A stretch of DNA of 64,000 nucleotides from Callorhinchus milii (GCF_018977255.1 NW_024704742.1:75890001-75954000); one strand, 5' to 3'; shown: positions 39,932 to 53,923, counted from the stretch's first letter. Notes: generated by a model not told the origin, from the sequence alone. Numbers and translations are program-made.

Positions 39932-40455
39932 CTACACTAGGAATTGTGACATGGATAAGAAACTAAGTTGGAGGCAGGAGACAGAGACCTGAGATTGAGA
40001 ATGGCGAACCTCTAATACTGAGGGAGAAAGAATAGATTAAAAAATCCATTCAGTGCTCCATGCAGCATCTTTGGTGATGTGTGACAAAAATGGGAAATCT
40101 CACCAAAGATCAGCATTGTCCAAGGGAAGGCATATAATGCTGAAATTTTACCTCAAATGTATTTTTGAAGTAGAATGAAATCTATACAAAGTGTTACTCC
40201 TGTAACCACAACAACTTGCATTTATATAGTGCCCCTCATGTAGCATAATGTCTTAGAGCATTCCACAGTGATGGGGTCTTGGTGGGCAATACACTGCTCC
40301 ATGTCCTCCGCCCTGTCCGCTCCACCATCGAGGTCAGGCCTTTAGCCTTTCTGCACTCTCTATAATCCATCCCGGAGACCCTCCAGCTTGTCCCCTCCCT
40401 TGCCTCCTTCAAGGCACATCTCAAGAACTTCCTCTTCAACTGCGTTTTTGGTCAC

Positions 40456-41262
40456 TGTTGGGATTTCTAATCCCATGGTTCGAAATATGGCTTGACAATC
40501 CAATACTGGTGCAACAGTAGTTTTATTAATCGAAGTAACTTTAACGAAGCACTAATAATATACAGATATATTAAAACGTATACTACCAGGTTCCAGAGCA
40601 GTCGATGGTGATGGCTTCAGATGACTTTTCGAAGTGTCTCTCTATCCCTGAGTCTGCTGCCCAACTGCTCTAAAATTAGGGTACTTATACATTTTTGCCC
40701 CATCCACCCTGAGTCTGCCCAATCAGGGTTAAGTCTTTGTATACTTTCTTTGTGTTAGTTTCTTATCTACCTTTGACCGACATCCCAGGCCTCTTGAGTT
40801 AAACCAGCCGGCTCATCATTCTCTGTTGGATGACGACTTGTTTTTCTCTCTCTCAAGGTCTCGAGGCCGGTGCCTATCTCATACTGATACAGACCCTTCA
40901 TCTATATGATGAGGTTTTACTCAAGCGAGGTTAATAGCGCTTAAGAATAGTTAAGTTTGTTGACAGGATTGTATGTTTCTATCTTATCATGTCTCGAGGA
41001 GTGTGCTGAGCCTGTCCTGTACCACCCCGTGATGTCTTGTTCCTTCCCCTGAAAGCTTCTTTATCTGATCTGAAGTATCACCACCGACTTATCTTTGCCT
41101 CAAAAGTAAAAACAGTTTTTGCATCACGTTCTTGACATTCACAAACGAGTAATTTCTATTATCTCCTAACAGTTTCTAGTCCCTAACGAAGGTATATATA
41201 ATCAGTTTAATACTTTAGTATATTCGAGGATAACATTATTCTCAAATTGACCTTTCTCAACA
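40456..41262 (-). mobile_element. Solo LTR (807 bp) inserted into an L2 tail
   Basis: TGTTG...CAACA termini; flanks gtcac/atcac (5-bp TSD, one mismatch). L2 sequence is continuous across the insertion; minus-strand AATAAA near 40525. Confidence 0.8.
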
Positions 41263-44200
41263 ATCACCTCCCCACCACCACCCCTTGCCCTCGACCACTC
41301 TTGACTCCAGCAACTCGGTACAAACCCTTGATTGTCCAGCACCTTGGGATGTCCTCTTGACATGAGACATCATAAATGTTATTTGTTGTTGTTGGGTCAG
41401 ATACCGATTAGGGGATTGGAGGGAAGAAGGAAGAGCAACGTGACTGTCTACACAGGAGAGCTGGAGTCTGCACTAGTAAATACACCTCGGATCACATTAA
41501 GCAATGCTGGCTGCACTGTCAGGCTCAGAGCTCTCTTCATTGTTTTTTTTAATTCCTTTCTCCCAACATTCATAGTACATCATGTGAGACTATTCATTCG
41601 CCAGCAAACTGCTGCATGATAAATAATAGGTCGTCATAAGTTGGTGCAAATGAAGGGAATGAATTTTAATTTGCTGGCACGAAATGGCACTTTGTGCTAC
41701 CAGCTAGGACAAGCACAACAGAGGGTCAGAGCACTGAGAGGCACAGTGTACCCGCAGTGAGAGGAGACTCTGAAAGGGATCTCTGCTCCCATTACAATCC
41801 CCGCATAATAATATAAGAACATGACAAACTAGGAATGATAATAGGCTATTCAGCTCACTCACTCACTTAAACTTCCTATTCAGATCCTCACACAAAACCT
41901 GTACTTGCCACTTCTCTCCCTCTCTGTCCTGGAACCAAGAAGATTTTGGGGCAGTCACCAATCTCTCCACTAGGTGGCAGTCCATTCCATCAATCAGGAA
42001 CCCAATGGTAGGAAATTAACCTTGAAAAGACTGAAGATATCAATTCTATCATCGCAGTTTTATCATTAATATTAACAATTTGTTAAATATTTTTTGCTGA
42101 AGATAAAACAAGGATTAAACATGTCATCTGGTTGGAGCTGTCATGGATTTTGGGCAGGGTCTGAGCAGTGCCATAGTGACAGACAATAACTGGCTCAGTT
42201 GGTAGTACTCTCGCCTTTGTATCAGAAGATTGTGGGTTCTAGCCTCACATGGAGACTTGGAACTCATGCAGTCTATGCTGGCGTCCCAATACAGCATTAG
42301 GGGGTAGAGCTGCATTGTCAGAGATGCTTTCCTTCAGATGAGTTGTTAAACCGAGGTCCCGCCTCCCTGTTCAGGTACCATTTTGAAAATAGGAAAATTT
42401 CAATGTTAGGTAGAATACATATGTGGAACTCTGTCCATTTTGGACACTCTTAAGCATGATGATACATATCCGCGTGTGTCAGACACCCGGCTGAACAAAA
42501 AAATCTCTCTGTGAACAAATTATGAGATGTATCTCATGGAAATAGTGAGTGCTAATGGTTCCTTTCCTTCTGTTTCCCACACTCCTATCCTTGTTTGATC
42601 TTCCACAGCATCACTGCTAACTTTGGGCCAAGCAAATGTCAAAACTAATGGTAGTTTTGTGCCCAGATTGAAAGCACAATAGATTAATTTTCAACTTGGA
42701 GCCTGCACAGTCAACAGAGGGAAAAACACTCTCCAGGCTACTATCAATATCAGTGTCACATGAAAAATGAAAAAAGAGACATATCTGGCACAAACTTTCC
42801 TTCTTAAGCAGCTTTACATGCACAGTACTGTTTGTGGTATAAAATTGATTGGTTGATAAGATGAGTGAACAATGATTCAATTGAACAATGATCTTCTCTG
42901 CCTTCCTTAAAGTAGTGACTCATTCTGGAGAACAGACAGGAAGGTCACAGTGGAGGCTGACTTGTAGTATTTCGTAACAGGTTTCTGGGTTCATCAAATC
43001 ATCAAACAAAAATAGCCCCAAATCCCGCATACTCTTGTTGATCAATGGCCTGGCAGTGAAGTAACAAAAAAAACTACAAAATGCTGGTCAATTGATCTTC
43101 CAGAGGCTGCCCTGGCCAGCAGTGTGATGGGCAGTCACCGCAAATATGGTTCCACTTTCACCAAAGACCTGGACAGTTACCATGAAAGTGGTTGTCTTTT
43201 TTTGTCTTAAAATTTTACATCGTTCAGAATTGTGGAAAATTTTCCTTACTCCACATGCCTCTGCTTATCTAGCAATAAGTAGGAACCCGGTTGTCAGTCG
43301 ATTGGCTTTTCCGGGGGTAATAATTCCTTAAAAAAAGTTGGTCACTCAATCCATGACTTTTGTGGGACACTTTGCGGAATTGGCTGCCTTTGGGATCGGA
43401 GTTGAGGTTGGAGTGGGAGGATAGAAAGGGGCCTGAGGATGGGGAATTGAAAAACCGTGTACAAGTAAAGATTTTTTCAAGATTTTGGTTTAGTGTCTCT
43501 TCCGAAGGATGGCACCTTCAGCAATGCAATGCTCAAAACGAGCACAACCCCAGGATTGAATAGGAATGTCGGCCGAAGCTGTGTGAGGTGTAATCTGAGC
43601 AGGGCATGCTTGTTCCTGCGTTCCTTTGCACTGACCACCCTCACCTTGATTCACAAATGTGGTGAATGGATTTTGTTCTCTCTCTGGTGATTAAGAGAGC
43701 AGGGAAAAGAAGGTAAAGCCGTTAACTTGTTCAACTATGGAAAACCAGGTGAATTGAGCCAGTGAGGAATTGAATAGGTTCATTGCATGCTGTGTTTGCT
43801 TTACAGAGATACAGACAAGAGACAAGACTGCGCAAGGACAAAAGGTGAGCAGCAGGTGGTGAATGTTAGCCTGACATTGCTTACTTACACTGTACTTACA
43901 CAAAATCAATAGAAAATAGTCTCCTACCAAATAAAATATTTATCCGTAGACAGTCTGCTAACAGTTAAATCAGTCGTTTTACACCAAGATAGGACTTTTT
44001 CTATCTATATTCTAACTATATTGTGGGCTCAAGCACCATGTCTGGCGCTTTGATTTCACAATCTGGGTGGAGGGCTGGGGGAGTTATGCATTCTTCAAGG
44101 TGCTATGAGATGTTAAAACGAGGACCACTTTGCCTTTTCAGGTTTATGTCAAAGATCTTGTGACTCTGTTCAAAAAGAGAAGAGAGTTTCTTCTCATGTC

Positions 44201-44727
44201 CTGGGAAAAAATCTTCTGGATAAATTGACCATTCACCTCCTGCTTGTGGGACACTGCTGTGCACAAATTGGGTATGATGTTCACCTACAAATCCGCAATC
44301 ACTGCACCTAACAGTGATTATTGTATTGTGCTTTGAGATGCTTCCACATTTGTGGACTGGATGTTTCCATTGCAATAAACTCCTGATAACTCGTCACTCC
44401 AAGGGGAAATGGCTCGGTGATACGTTATCAGGAGTGGTGAGTTTTCTTCAATAAAAATTAAAAAAAAATATTGGGGCACTCAATCCACAACTGTTTGTGG
44501 GACACTGCTGCATGCAATTGGCTGCCACGTTTCACCCACATAATACAGTCAATTTACAGCATATTCTGTTAAACGCTTCGAGATGTCTCAACAACAGGAT
44601 AAGGTGCTATCAAATGCAAGGATTATTATGATTATATTATTATTATAGGTGCTATATTAAATGCAAAGCTTTCTTTATTTAGTTATTATAAATAGAGATG
44701 AATATTATCTTAAATGCACTGATGTGA

Positions 44728-45095
44728 AGTCCTGTAGCATATTGGTTAGAGCACTCGCCTCGCAAACGAGAGGACCTGGGTTTGATTCCCCAGTAGAGCG
44801 AAAACTTAGGCAAGTTTCCTTACTCCACACACCTCTGTTTACCTAGCAGTAAGTAGGAACCTGGTTGTTAGTCGATTGGGGAATCACTTTTCCGGGGTAA
44901 TGATCCCCTCCAAAAAATAATGATTTGGTCACTCAATCCACAATGGTTTGTGGGACACTGCTATGTGCAATTGGCTGCTGCATTTTGTTCACAAAATATA
45001 CAGTCAATTCACTTTACAGTATATTCTGTGAAGCACTTTAAGATGTCTCAACAATAGGATAAGGTGCTATCAAATGCAAGGATTATTATTATTAT
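44728..45095 (+). mobile_element. tRNA-derived SINE, long subfamily
   Basis: Head agtcctgtagc..gttagagcactcgcc; extra block ctctgtttacctagcagtaagtaggaacc; (att)n tail. Similar copies at 30509-30860(+), 597-925(-) and 7070-7435(-). Confidence 0.88.
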
Positions 45096-46409
45096 ACATA
45101 CACTTTTGGCCAGCCAGACCTTACCCTCTGACCCTCATACTTTGCTTACGGTCCCTCAATTCGCAGCTCACCAGCATTGAGAGAGCACCAGAGCAGCAGG
45201 ACAAAGCAAGAGAATATTATTTGGACTGGGGAAACTAATGGGAGGAGACCATTCAGTCCATCAAACCTATTCTGTGATATCATTCTCCTTGCATTTTGAT
45301 GCAGCGCCTATCATTCTCGGGAGGACTTCTCAAAGTGCTTCACATGATTTACAATAAAGTGTAATGACTGTATTTTTGTAGGTGAATTCCTACAATTTAA
45401 TCATCTATCGATAATGTTAATGGGTTCTATTAAAACTTTAGGACTTGCTGTCTTAATGGAACTCTGTACTCTTTCCGCATCCCACCAGGGGATGCCTGGC
45501 AGAGATTGACTAAGATAAGGTTATGGATGAGAGGTTCATCATGATAGACCTGAAAAGTTGGATCTACATCAGTAACTAATCAATGAGTGAGTGATTTGAC
45601 CTAAGGGCAGATACTGGAGGAACTGGGTTTAATTTCCCTGGAACAGAGAAGGGTGAAGTCTTTCAAATGAGGGGTACAGTTAGAGTAGATAGGGAGCAAT
45701 GATTTCCACAGAGTCGGTGACTGGAGAGCAATGATTTAAGATAATTGGCAACAAGAAGATTAAATGGATTTTGTTCCAGAGAATTAATAGGACGTGGAAT
45801 GCTCTGCTGGGTGCATTGATTGAGGCAGAATCCATATTCATTGTCAAGCAGGAACTAGATAGATATCCAAAAAGGAGTCATTCACAGGGTTATTGGGAAA
45901 AGGTAGGTAAATGTCTCTTCATATCTAGCTCTGACCAGCTCAACCTCCATGGTCACTTTCAAACTCACTGAACCAGTGATTTTCTTCACCTTCAGGACAC
46001 TGCCCACCTAAAACCCATCTCATACGTATCAACCTGATAACACTCTGAATCAGAGGTTGTGATTTTAAGATCCACATTGATACCTCAAAGCTCATAATCT
46101 AAGATGATGCTCCAATGCAGTGCTGGTGGTGTATTGCATTGTCGGAGGTGCTGTCCTTCAGATTAGAAGTTAAATCCAGGTCCCGACTGCCTGTTCAGGT
46201 GGATATTAAAGATCCCATGACATTATTTATTAGGTCAGGGTATTAAGGGATATGGGGCGAGGGTGGGTAATTGGACTTGAGGTACAGATCAGTCATAATC
46301 TTATAGAATGGCAGAACAGGCTCGAGGGGCTGAATGGCCTACTCCTGTTTCCAGGTTTCTATGTTTCTATTCAAAAAGAGAACGGAGCTTCTCCTGATAT
46401 CCTGGCCCA

Positions 46410-47555
46410 CAAGGTGCCACATAAACGGCTATTGCATTCGACAAGGTGCCACATAATAGGCTGTTGCATAAGATTAGAGCACATGGAATTAAAGGCAATA
46501 TAGTAGCATGGATTGGAAAGTGGCTAACAGGAAGAAAACAGAGAGTAGAGATAAACGGGTCCTTCTCAGATTGGCAGGATGTGATTAGTGGAGTGCCACA
46601 AGGATCAGTGCTTGGGCCTCAATTATTTACAGTCTATATCAATGATTTAGATGAGGAAATAGAACTTAATATATCTAAATTTGTGGACGATATGAAGATA
46701 GGTGGGAGAGTAAGCTGTGAGGATGACACACAAAGAATGCAAAGGGATATAGATAGGCTAGGTGAATGGGCAAAAAGATGGCAGATGGAGTGTAACGTGG
46801 GGAAATGTGAAGTTATTCACCTAAGTAGTAAAAATAGAAAAGTAGATTATTTTCCAGAGGGGGAGGGACTAGAAAGTGTTGGTATGCAGGTACAGCAAGC
46901 AACTAGGAAGGCTAATGCTATGTTGGCTTTCGTTGCAAAAGGATTAGAGTACAAGAGTAGGGAAGTCTTGCTGCAGTTGTATAAGGCCTTGGTGAGACCG
47001 CACCTAGAATATTGTGTGCAGTTTTGGCCTCCTTATTTAAGAAAGGACGCCTTAGAGAGGGTGCAGAGTAGATTCACTAGGTTAGTTCCTGGGATGAGGG
47101 CGTAAACCTATGAGGATAGGTTGAGTAAACTAGGCCTATATTCTCTAGAATTAGAGGTGATCTAATAGAAACCTATAAGATTCTTACGGGTCTTGACAGG
47201 GTAGATGCCGTGAGACTGTTTCCCCTGACTGGAGAGTCTAAAACTAGGGGTCATAATCTCAGGATTAAAGATCAGCCTTTTCGAACTGAGTTGAGGAAAC
47301 ATTTCTTCACTCAGAGGGTTGTAAATTTGTGGAAATCTCTACCCCAGAAGGCTGTGGATGCTCAGTCCTTGAACGTATTCAAGACTGAGGTTGATAGATT
47401 TCTAAAGGATAGAGGGATTAAGGGATATGGGGATAGGGAGGGTAAATGGAATTAAGTTAGAAGATCAGCCATAATCTTATTAAATGGGGGGGGGGGGGGG
47501 GGCAGGCTCGAGAGGCAGAATAGCCTACTCCTGCTCCTACGTCGTATGGTTTTAC
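46410..47555 (+). mobile_element. 5'-truncated CR1 LINE (RT C-terminal half plus 3' UTR) nested in an older SINE
   Basis: ORF 46446-47105: GVPQGSVLGPQLFTVYINDLD, KFVDD, LYKALVRPHLEYCVQFW. ORF 47210-47455: TRGHNLRI...FFTQRVVNLW. A second CR1 tail lies at about 46230-46370. Confidence 0.95.
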
Positions 47556-49389
47556 GATCCCTTAAATAATCCATTTGCTCCCTGTCTCCCAACAGGTCCA
47601 TTTCAAACCATCAAACTGCCACCACCTCACGTTTACGTGTAGCGGTGGATTGACTGGTGTAACTATTCTTATTCAAAAAGCAGAACTATATTTAATAGGA
47701 GCCAAAAGGCCAGGAAGCCATGCTAATTTATTGACTGGTGTCAATTCCTCCCTCCTTGAAACCATTGACAGTAGTTGGGCCAGCAAGTCACTAAACATTT
47801 GGTTTCTAATGCACGAACGTAGAGTGTCGGTAAGTGTGATACTGGCTTAACTCTAATTTTTATTTATTGTGTTAAAAGTCAAGTAAAGCTGGCTTCTGAA
47901 TGTAACCACCTGTCTGCTCCCTCTGCTCAGTAGGCTCTGGCCTGCTCCACGTCCCCCCTTCTGGCCCGCTCCACCATCGGCGACCAGGCCTTCAGCCTTT
48001 CTGCCCCCACCCTATGGAATTCCATCCCACATTCCCGTTGCCTGTCTCCCTCCCTCGCCTCTTCCAAGGCGCGCCTCAAAACCCTCCTCTTTGACCGAGT
48101 CTTTGGCCATCCTCCTACCCTCCCTGTCTTCCATCCTCCCCAAACCCTACCCCCAGCTCGGGTCAAATCCCTGACTGTCCAGCAACTTGGGACATCTTCC
48201 CAACGTGAAAGACGCTATACAAATGTAATTTATATTGTATTGTATACAGGGTGGTTGTGTAGTCCACAAATACTAAAAGCATACATTGTGGCTATATAGT
48301 ACACCATTCGTACAGAAGTATATAGCGTTGGTGTGAATGTGCTGACCCACTCAGGGCAGTTCTCTACCACCTCTCCCATGTGGCTCACTTCACCTAGATA
48401 GCGAGTAGCAACAAGCCGTTTGACCATGGTCTCTGTGCTAATCACAATGCTCACCACCCTCGCTGAAAATAGTTAACTTGAAAGGAATGGAGACTGCTCT
48501 TTATGTCTCAGGGCAGTACAGTACCAAGCAGTGCAATTACCCACTGAAAGGATCAGGGAAAAACCTAGGCCCCAAATTCCACCTGATCTTTTGATCAATT
48601 TGTCTTAAAATTAAAGATTGCAGAATTGTGAAAAATTCAATTCAGGGTTAATTTGGAAGCTACTCTTTTTTAAGAACTGCAGAAACACTCCACTTGCAAT
48701 CTTTTATTTTAAGACAAAATCGTCTTACAGACTAAGACTAGGTGAACTTTTGAGTCTCCTCTTATGTCTCTGTAAGACGAAAATGCCTTTGGCAGTTGTG
48801 GATATCACAGCTGGGAGGTAAGAATAAACTTGATGGATACATGATGGAAAAGGAGGTATACGAGAGTGGTATAGAAGGGGTGGAGGCTCATGTGAAGTAT
48901 AAACACTGGCTTGGACTAATTAGACAAGTTGCCTGTTTCTGTGTTGTGTCATGCCATGTGTCAGCCTGGCTCAGCTGGTAGCACTCTCACCTCTGAATCA
49001 GTTCAATGCCAACATCAGAACTCATATAGTCTAAGCTGGCACTCCAATGCATTGTTGCATTGCTAGAGGTGCCGTCCTTCAGGTGCAGACATTAAACTGA
49101 GGTGCCATCTGCCTGTTCAGGTGGATGTCAAAGATCTCGTGGCACTGTTCCCGGTGTCCTGGGCAACAAATCCTTTGGAATAAAATTGGTCATTGACTTC
49201 AGGGCTGTGTGCAAGACATTGCTGTGTGCAAATTGCTGTGTGTATCCACAACACACCCCACTTTACAACAAATCTTATGAAGAGCTTTGAGAGGTCCTCT
49301 TGATGTGAAAGGTGTTATACCAAATGCAAGGATTATTATGATTATTATTATTATTCCATAAAAGAGTTAAGGACAGTTAACAGCAAATA

Positions 49390-52300
49390 AGTGCATAAAA
49401 GTTCTTTATTTTTGCACGTGCTTGAAAAAAAATGTTGACATTTTCTCCAAATTGTTTTTTGTACTCATGATTTATTAAAAATCACCATAGAAAGCATTGA
49501 AAATTGTAAATTTGTGTAATTCTATATTACTCTGAAAGTGTATAACCCTGGAATCGCCATATGCTTGTTGAGGAAACGTGATACNTTTTTTTCCTTCAAG
49601 CACACTGAACTCCAGTTAATTATTATCTTTAATTCATTAGACTTCTCCCACAAAGGCAATCAGAGGCCTGAACAGATCACATGTGATTAAGCGGCTCAAG
49701 GTGCATAAAAAGAAACTACAAATATACACAGAAAGTCTCTCACAGTGCAGAGGAAGGGAATGGATAGGATTATTATGGAAATAGAAATGGCAGAGGCAAA
49801 TTTCATCCACCCATTGACTGACTATCCAGGCAAAAAAATACAAAAGAATTAATTTTTCTGTAAAAAAACAGGTTTTGGTGTTTCAGTAAATGATTGAAGT
49901 GATTTAGTAGTCAATGCATTTCAAGTATTTGCTAGTAAGATTACAAATTGGAAGACCTTGCTTTGTTGAGACAATCAATATGGAAGTACACACAACTTAA
50001 CAAGGATAAGACATAGATTAAAAAAAACAGTTTAACATGACCAAGATCTGACTTTCATTTGTTGCATTTTGAGGGCAAAGCCCAAACATTGGGGTTTAAT
50101 ATCTCACCTCTTTCCTGGTTTAATGTCGTGTTAGGTTTGGTACTCACTGACAGGAGTTGAGGCCTGTATTGGCCAGTACAAGTCTAACTCCCAGTCCTCA
50201 CCCCCACCCTCCAACTGACGCAACTTCACTTCAGTCAGCGGAATGATTTGCTGTCAATGACAGTGTTAACCCTTTGAAAACCATGTCAGCATTTCACATC
50301 TCATTGGTAAGATGAAACATATTCAGGAACAAAGAGGAAAATATGCCTCTGGTTGTAGCATTGCATATTACCCTTTGAAATGAAACAGGGTGCTGACTTT
50401 GAATAGTTATCAAACAGGGAACAATTTCCCAGCACTTAATAAGATGTCATTCTCAGGTAAGCCAGGAGTCTGGGGCCAGGGCTATGGTTAAAAGACATAC
50501 AAGGATGCTTCTGATGTGTTATGCTGAACATATAAGCACAGACATGGCAGGCTGAATAACCTCCTTCTGTACTATGATCCTATAACCTATGGTAACTGCT
50601 GTGGGTACAGCTGACCATTTGCCGCTGTTAGATTCACAGGCTCTCCATGTGATGCTACTGGCAGAACTCGATATACCGCTCGCATCCTCCACCACAACAT
50701 CTGACCATCATAGAATCCATCAGAAGACACTCACTATGGCAACTGTCAACATCAATGTTATCCCCCAAAATAATAATGAGCTCAATAACCTCTCATGTTT
50801 TAACATTATTAAACCATTTCCTACTTTCCTATTCTATATTTAAACAGGGACAGATGGACAATGTTGACATTTTCTCCAAGGGGCCTTTCACACACGTGAA
50901 GCAGCATTAGTAGTGAAGTATTAACAGGTGTTGTTGCACACACCTTGCCTGTGGTCACCCTAGAAATCAGAGGAAAACAGAAGTTTGCACTGAAGCCCAG
51001 GGCAATGGGGTGGCCCTTATCTTTGAAATCAGTGTCCGGGGAATTTTGCTGGCCATCAGGACGGATAGACAAATGGACAGACAGACAAACAGAGTGTCAA
51101 ACAGACAGACTTACAGATGGGCAGACACTCTCACGGGCAGACCGACCGACCGTGGCTCCTCTTCAGTCCTGTTCCAGGTGGTGACTCTAGGGGCTGTAAG
51201 ACTACAGCAGTGTCACAACCAACCTTGACATGGGCACAGACACCTTGCAGCAGGGTAGGGGCACTCATAATAATAATAATAATCCTTGCATTTGATATAG
51301 CGCTTTTCACGTCGGGAGGACGTCCCAAAGTGCTTCACAGAATATACTGTAAAGTGAATTGACTGTATATTTGTGGGCGAACGCGGCAGCCAATTGTGCA
51401 CAGCAGTGTCCCACAAACAGTCGTAGATTGAAAATGACCAATTTAATTATTGGTTTGGGTTTTGGAGGGATTATTATTAGGCTCTGTGTGGAGTAAGGAA
51501 ACTTGCCCAAGGATTCGCCCTGTGCCTGGAATTGAACTCAGGTCTCTCACTTGCAAAGCGAGTGCTCTGACCACTGAGCTACAGGACTCATTAGCAAACA
51601 GGCATGAGAATCCTGACTGACTTTCCCCCCTCCCTAGCCCAGGGTGGCTGAGACCAGCTATCTCAGACTGGGATTTGATCCTGCAACGACCTGGTACTTA
51701 GGGTTAAGATCACGCCACCAGTTTGTATGAACACCGGATCTTACGGTTCAGAAAATCATTTAAAAATCAAAGGAAACAGCTTACATAAAACCACTGGTCA
51801 GATACCAGACTTGTTGGAATAATTCCTACAAACACTAGGTACAAATCATTGCGGAAAGAATAGACCATCAGCATCAACAGGTTAATGCTGGTCCTGCTAC
51901 CACCAGTAAAACATAACGTACACATTAACACTCCTTTAAAATCATAAAATAATTATTTAAATTACTGCTGACTCACAAATATATTGCCTGCTTATAATAA
52001 TAATAATATAGTTTTAATCTTTTAGAATAATTAAAGACTCCAGGATAGGGCTTTTAAGAATGGATTTCGAGTGTTAATACTCTACAGAGTCCTATGTTTC
52101 GCCAGTCAGATTGTGGTTAACAATCACATCAGTATACAATTTCATTCAGTTGTATGGAAAGTCTGGCATCTAAAGTTAAGAGGTAGAGCTGCGTGAGGCT
52201 ATGAACAGCTTGACCTGCAGCAGCGAAGTGTAACTGTCAACAGTGAGCATGTAAAAAGGATCAAACAACAGGACTAACACATGACAAGTCACAGTTTCTA

Positions 52301-52747
52301 TTCTGATCCTTTCCAGAGAGCATTAAAGTATTTTACAAGGTACTCTTGCAGAGTCGCCTACACAGCATTATTCACCTAAAGAGAGAGAGGCAATCCTTCC
52401 TCTCTGCCCTCAAAGCTCTAACAAAGCATAGACTGAGCGGGGAAACTACACTAGGCCACTGTTGCTGAGCTCTCAGTACAAAAGACCCAGAGCAGGGCTG
52501 CCCCTGAAGTGAGCTGTGGTCTGTGCAGAGAGAATATGCCCCCAACCTCCTTGTTTTGTTCTTCCAGCGGGACTTTAGTACGGGAAACAAAAAACAACTG
52601 CTACGGATTCTAACAAAAATAAAGGAACAAAGTGCCCGATTCCTCCCGCACTGAATCTGGTGGTGGTTTCCATTGTGTTGTTACAGAGTGAAGAAGGGGG
52701 TTGCCTCGAAATCATTGGCAGGTACAATGTTCACTGGAGACGTGGAT
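49390..52747 (-). other. SLC4A4: Putative long SLC4A4 3' UTR
   Basis: Follows the terminal-exon stop and is relatively repeat-poor. Minus-strand AATAAA at 49471-49476 and 49405-49410 in an AU-rich context. The end point is inferred. Confidence 0.45.
51268..51590 (-). mobile_element. Full-length tRNA-derived SINE in the putative SLC4A4 3' UTR
   Basis: Same head, body and (att)n tail as 3646-3972. Confidence 0.9.
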
Positions 52748-52856
52748 TCAGAGTGTGGTCTCCGTTCCCCTGCTTCTCCAGAAGAAACCTGTGTCATAGT
52801 CCGGTTCAAGTTGTATTCTGATTTGAGGCACACTTCTGACTGGAGTTCTTGGGGGG
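52748..52856 (-). CDS. SLC4A4: SLC4A4 terminal exon, coding part for NBCe1-C-type C-terminus with class I PDZ ligand ETTL
   Basis: Acceptor attactttcag, then (S)PPRTPVRSVPQIRIQLEPDYDTGFFWRSRGTETTL*. Matches the recalled mammalian NBCe1-C end (PPRSPVKVVPQIRIELE...GTETTL). Confidence 0.93.
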
Positions 52857-53124
52857 CTGAAAGTAATCCAAATGAAAAACAAATACATTAACTAGGGTTT
52901 TAACTCGACAAATTGATTTACCAGCATTCCGTACAAATGGCCCATCCCAACACATCACTCCCCAGTGGATTTTATGGAATCCTGCAACTCATTTAAACAG
53001 CAGCTTGATGCAGTGATGGAGGGTGGGTGTCTGGAGGGATAAGATTGGATGGGTCAAAGCACATTTTTTATATCTAGACCAATTCCGTGATTTTGTAAAA
53101 TGTTCTTTTCTGTGATGTATGGAG

Positions 53125-53725
53125 TAACAACAACAACAACAAAATTACATTTGTAAAATGTCTTTCATGTCAGGAGGACGTCCCAAGGCATTGGACAGAG
53201 TTTCGGACCCGAGCTGGGGTTCAGGATCGGGGAGGGTGGAAGGCAGAGGGGGGAAGCAGGAAGATCGAAGGCGTGGTCAAAGAGGAGGGTCTTGAAGGAG
53301 GCAATGGAGGGGGCAAGGCAGAGAGACTGCGGGATGGAGTTCCAGAGGGTGGGGGCAGAGTGGCAGAAGGTCTGCCCACCAATAGTGGGGCGAGTGAGGC
53401 GGGGAACGTGAAGCAGGCCGGAGTCCGCTGAGCGGAGGGAGCAGGCAGGATGGTAGGATGAGGTGGATGAGGACAGAGTGGTCGACGGTGTCGAAGGCAG
53501 CAGAGAGGTCAAGGAGGACGAGGAGTCAGAAGGAGCCCTGGTCGCAGATGGACAGAATGTCATTTGTCACTTTGACCAGGGCTGTTTCTGTGTTGTGAGC
53601 GGCAGGAAACCCAATTGAAGGGGTTCGTGAAGAGAATGGCGGGAGAGGAAGGAACGAAGCTAGGAAGCAACAACTCGTTTCAGGACCTTGGAGAGGAAAA
53701 GCAGTTTGGAGATGGGGTGGTAGTA
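53125..53725 (-). mobile_element. Internally deleted L2 fragment in the last SLC4A4 intron
   Basis: AAHNTETALVKVTNDILSICDQG, LRSADSGLLHVPR, (ttg)n tail. Confidence 0.9.
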
Positions 53726-53849
53726 ATAACACGCTGTTTATTGCCGACTACTGTAACACACTGTTCATTACTGATTGTAACACACTATTTATTACTGACT
53801 GTAACACAGTAACAGACTGTTTAACAGTGGGAATAAACGTTGCCCTTAC

Positions 53850-53923
53850 CTTGGCATTGACTGGAAAAAAGGATTCTGATCAACATGATGTATGTCCTTC
53901 AAGGAATGTAAGTGATTTCTCTC
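53850..53923 (-). CDS. SLC4A4: SLC4A4 penultimate, dual-frame exon
   Basis: Acceptor ctttttcaattcag, donor AAG|gtaagg. After the 97-bp exon it reads REKSLTFLEGHTSC* (stop 53880-53882). In phase 0 it reads ERNHLHSLKDIHHVDQNPFFQSMP+AG, open to the donor. Confidence 0.95.
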
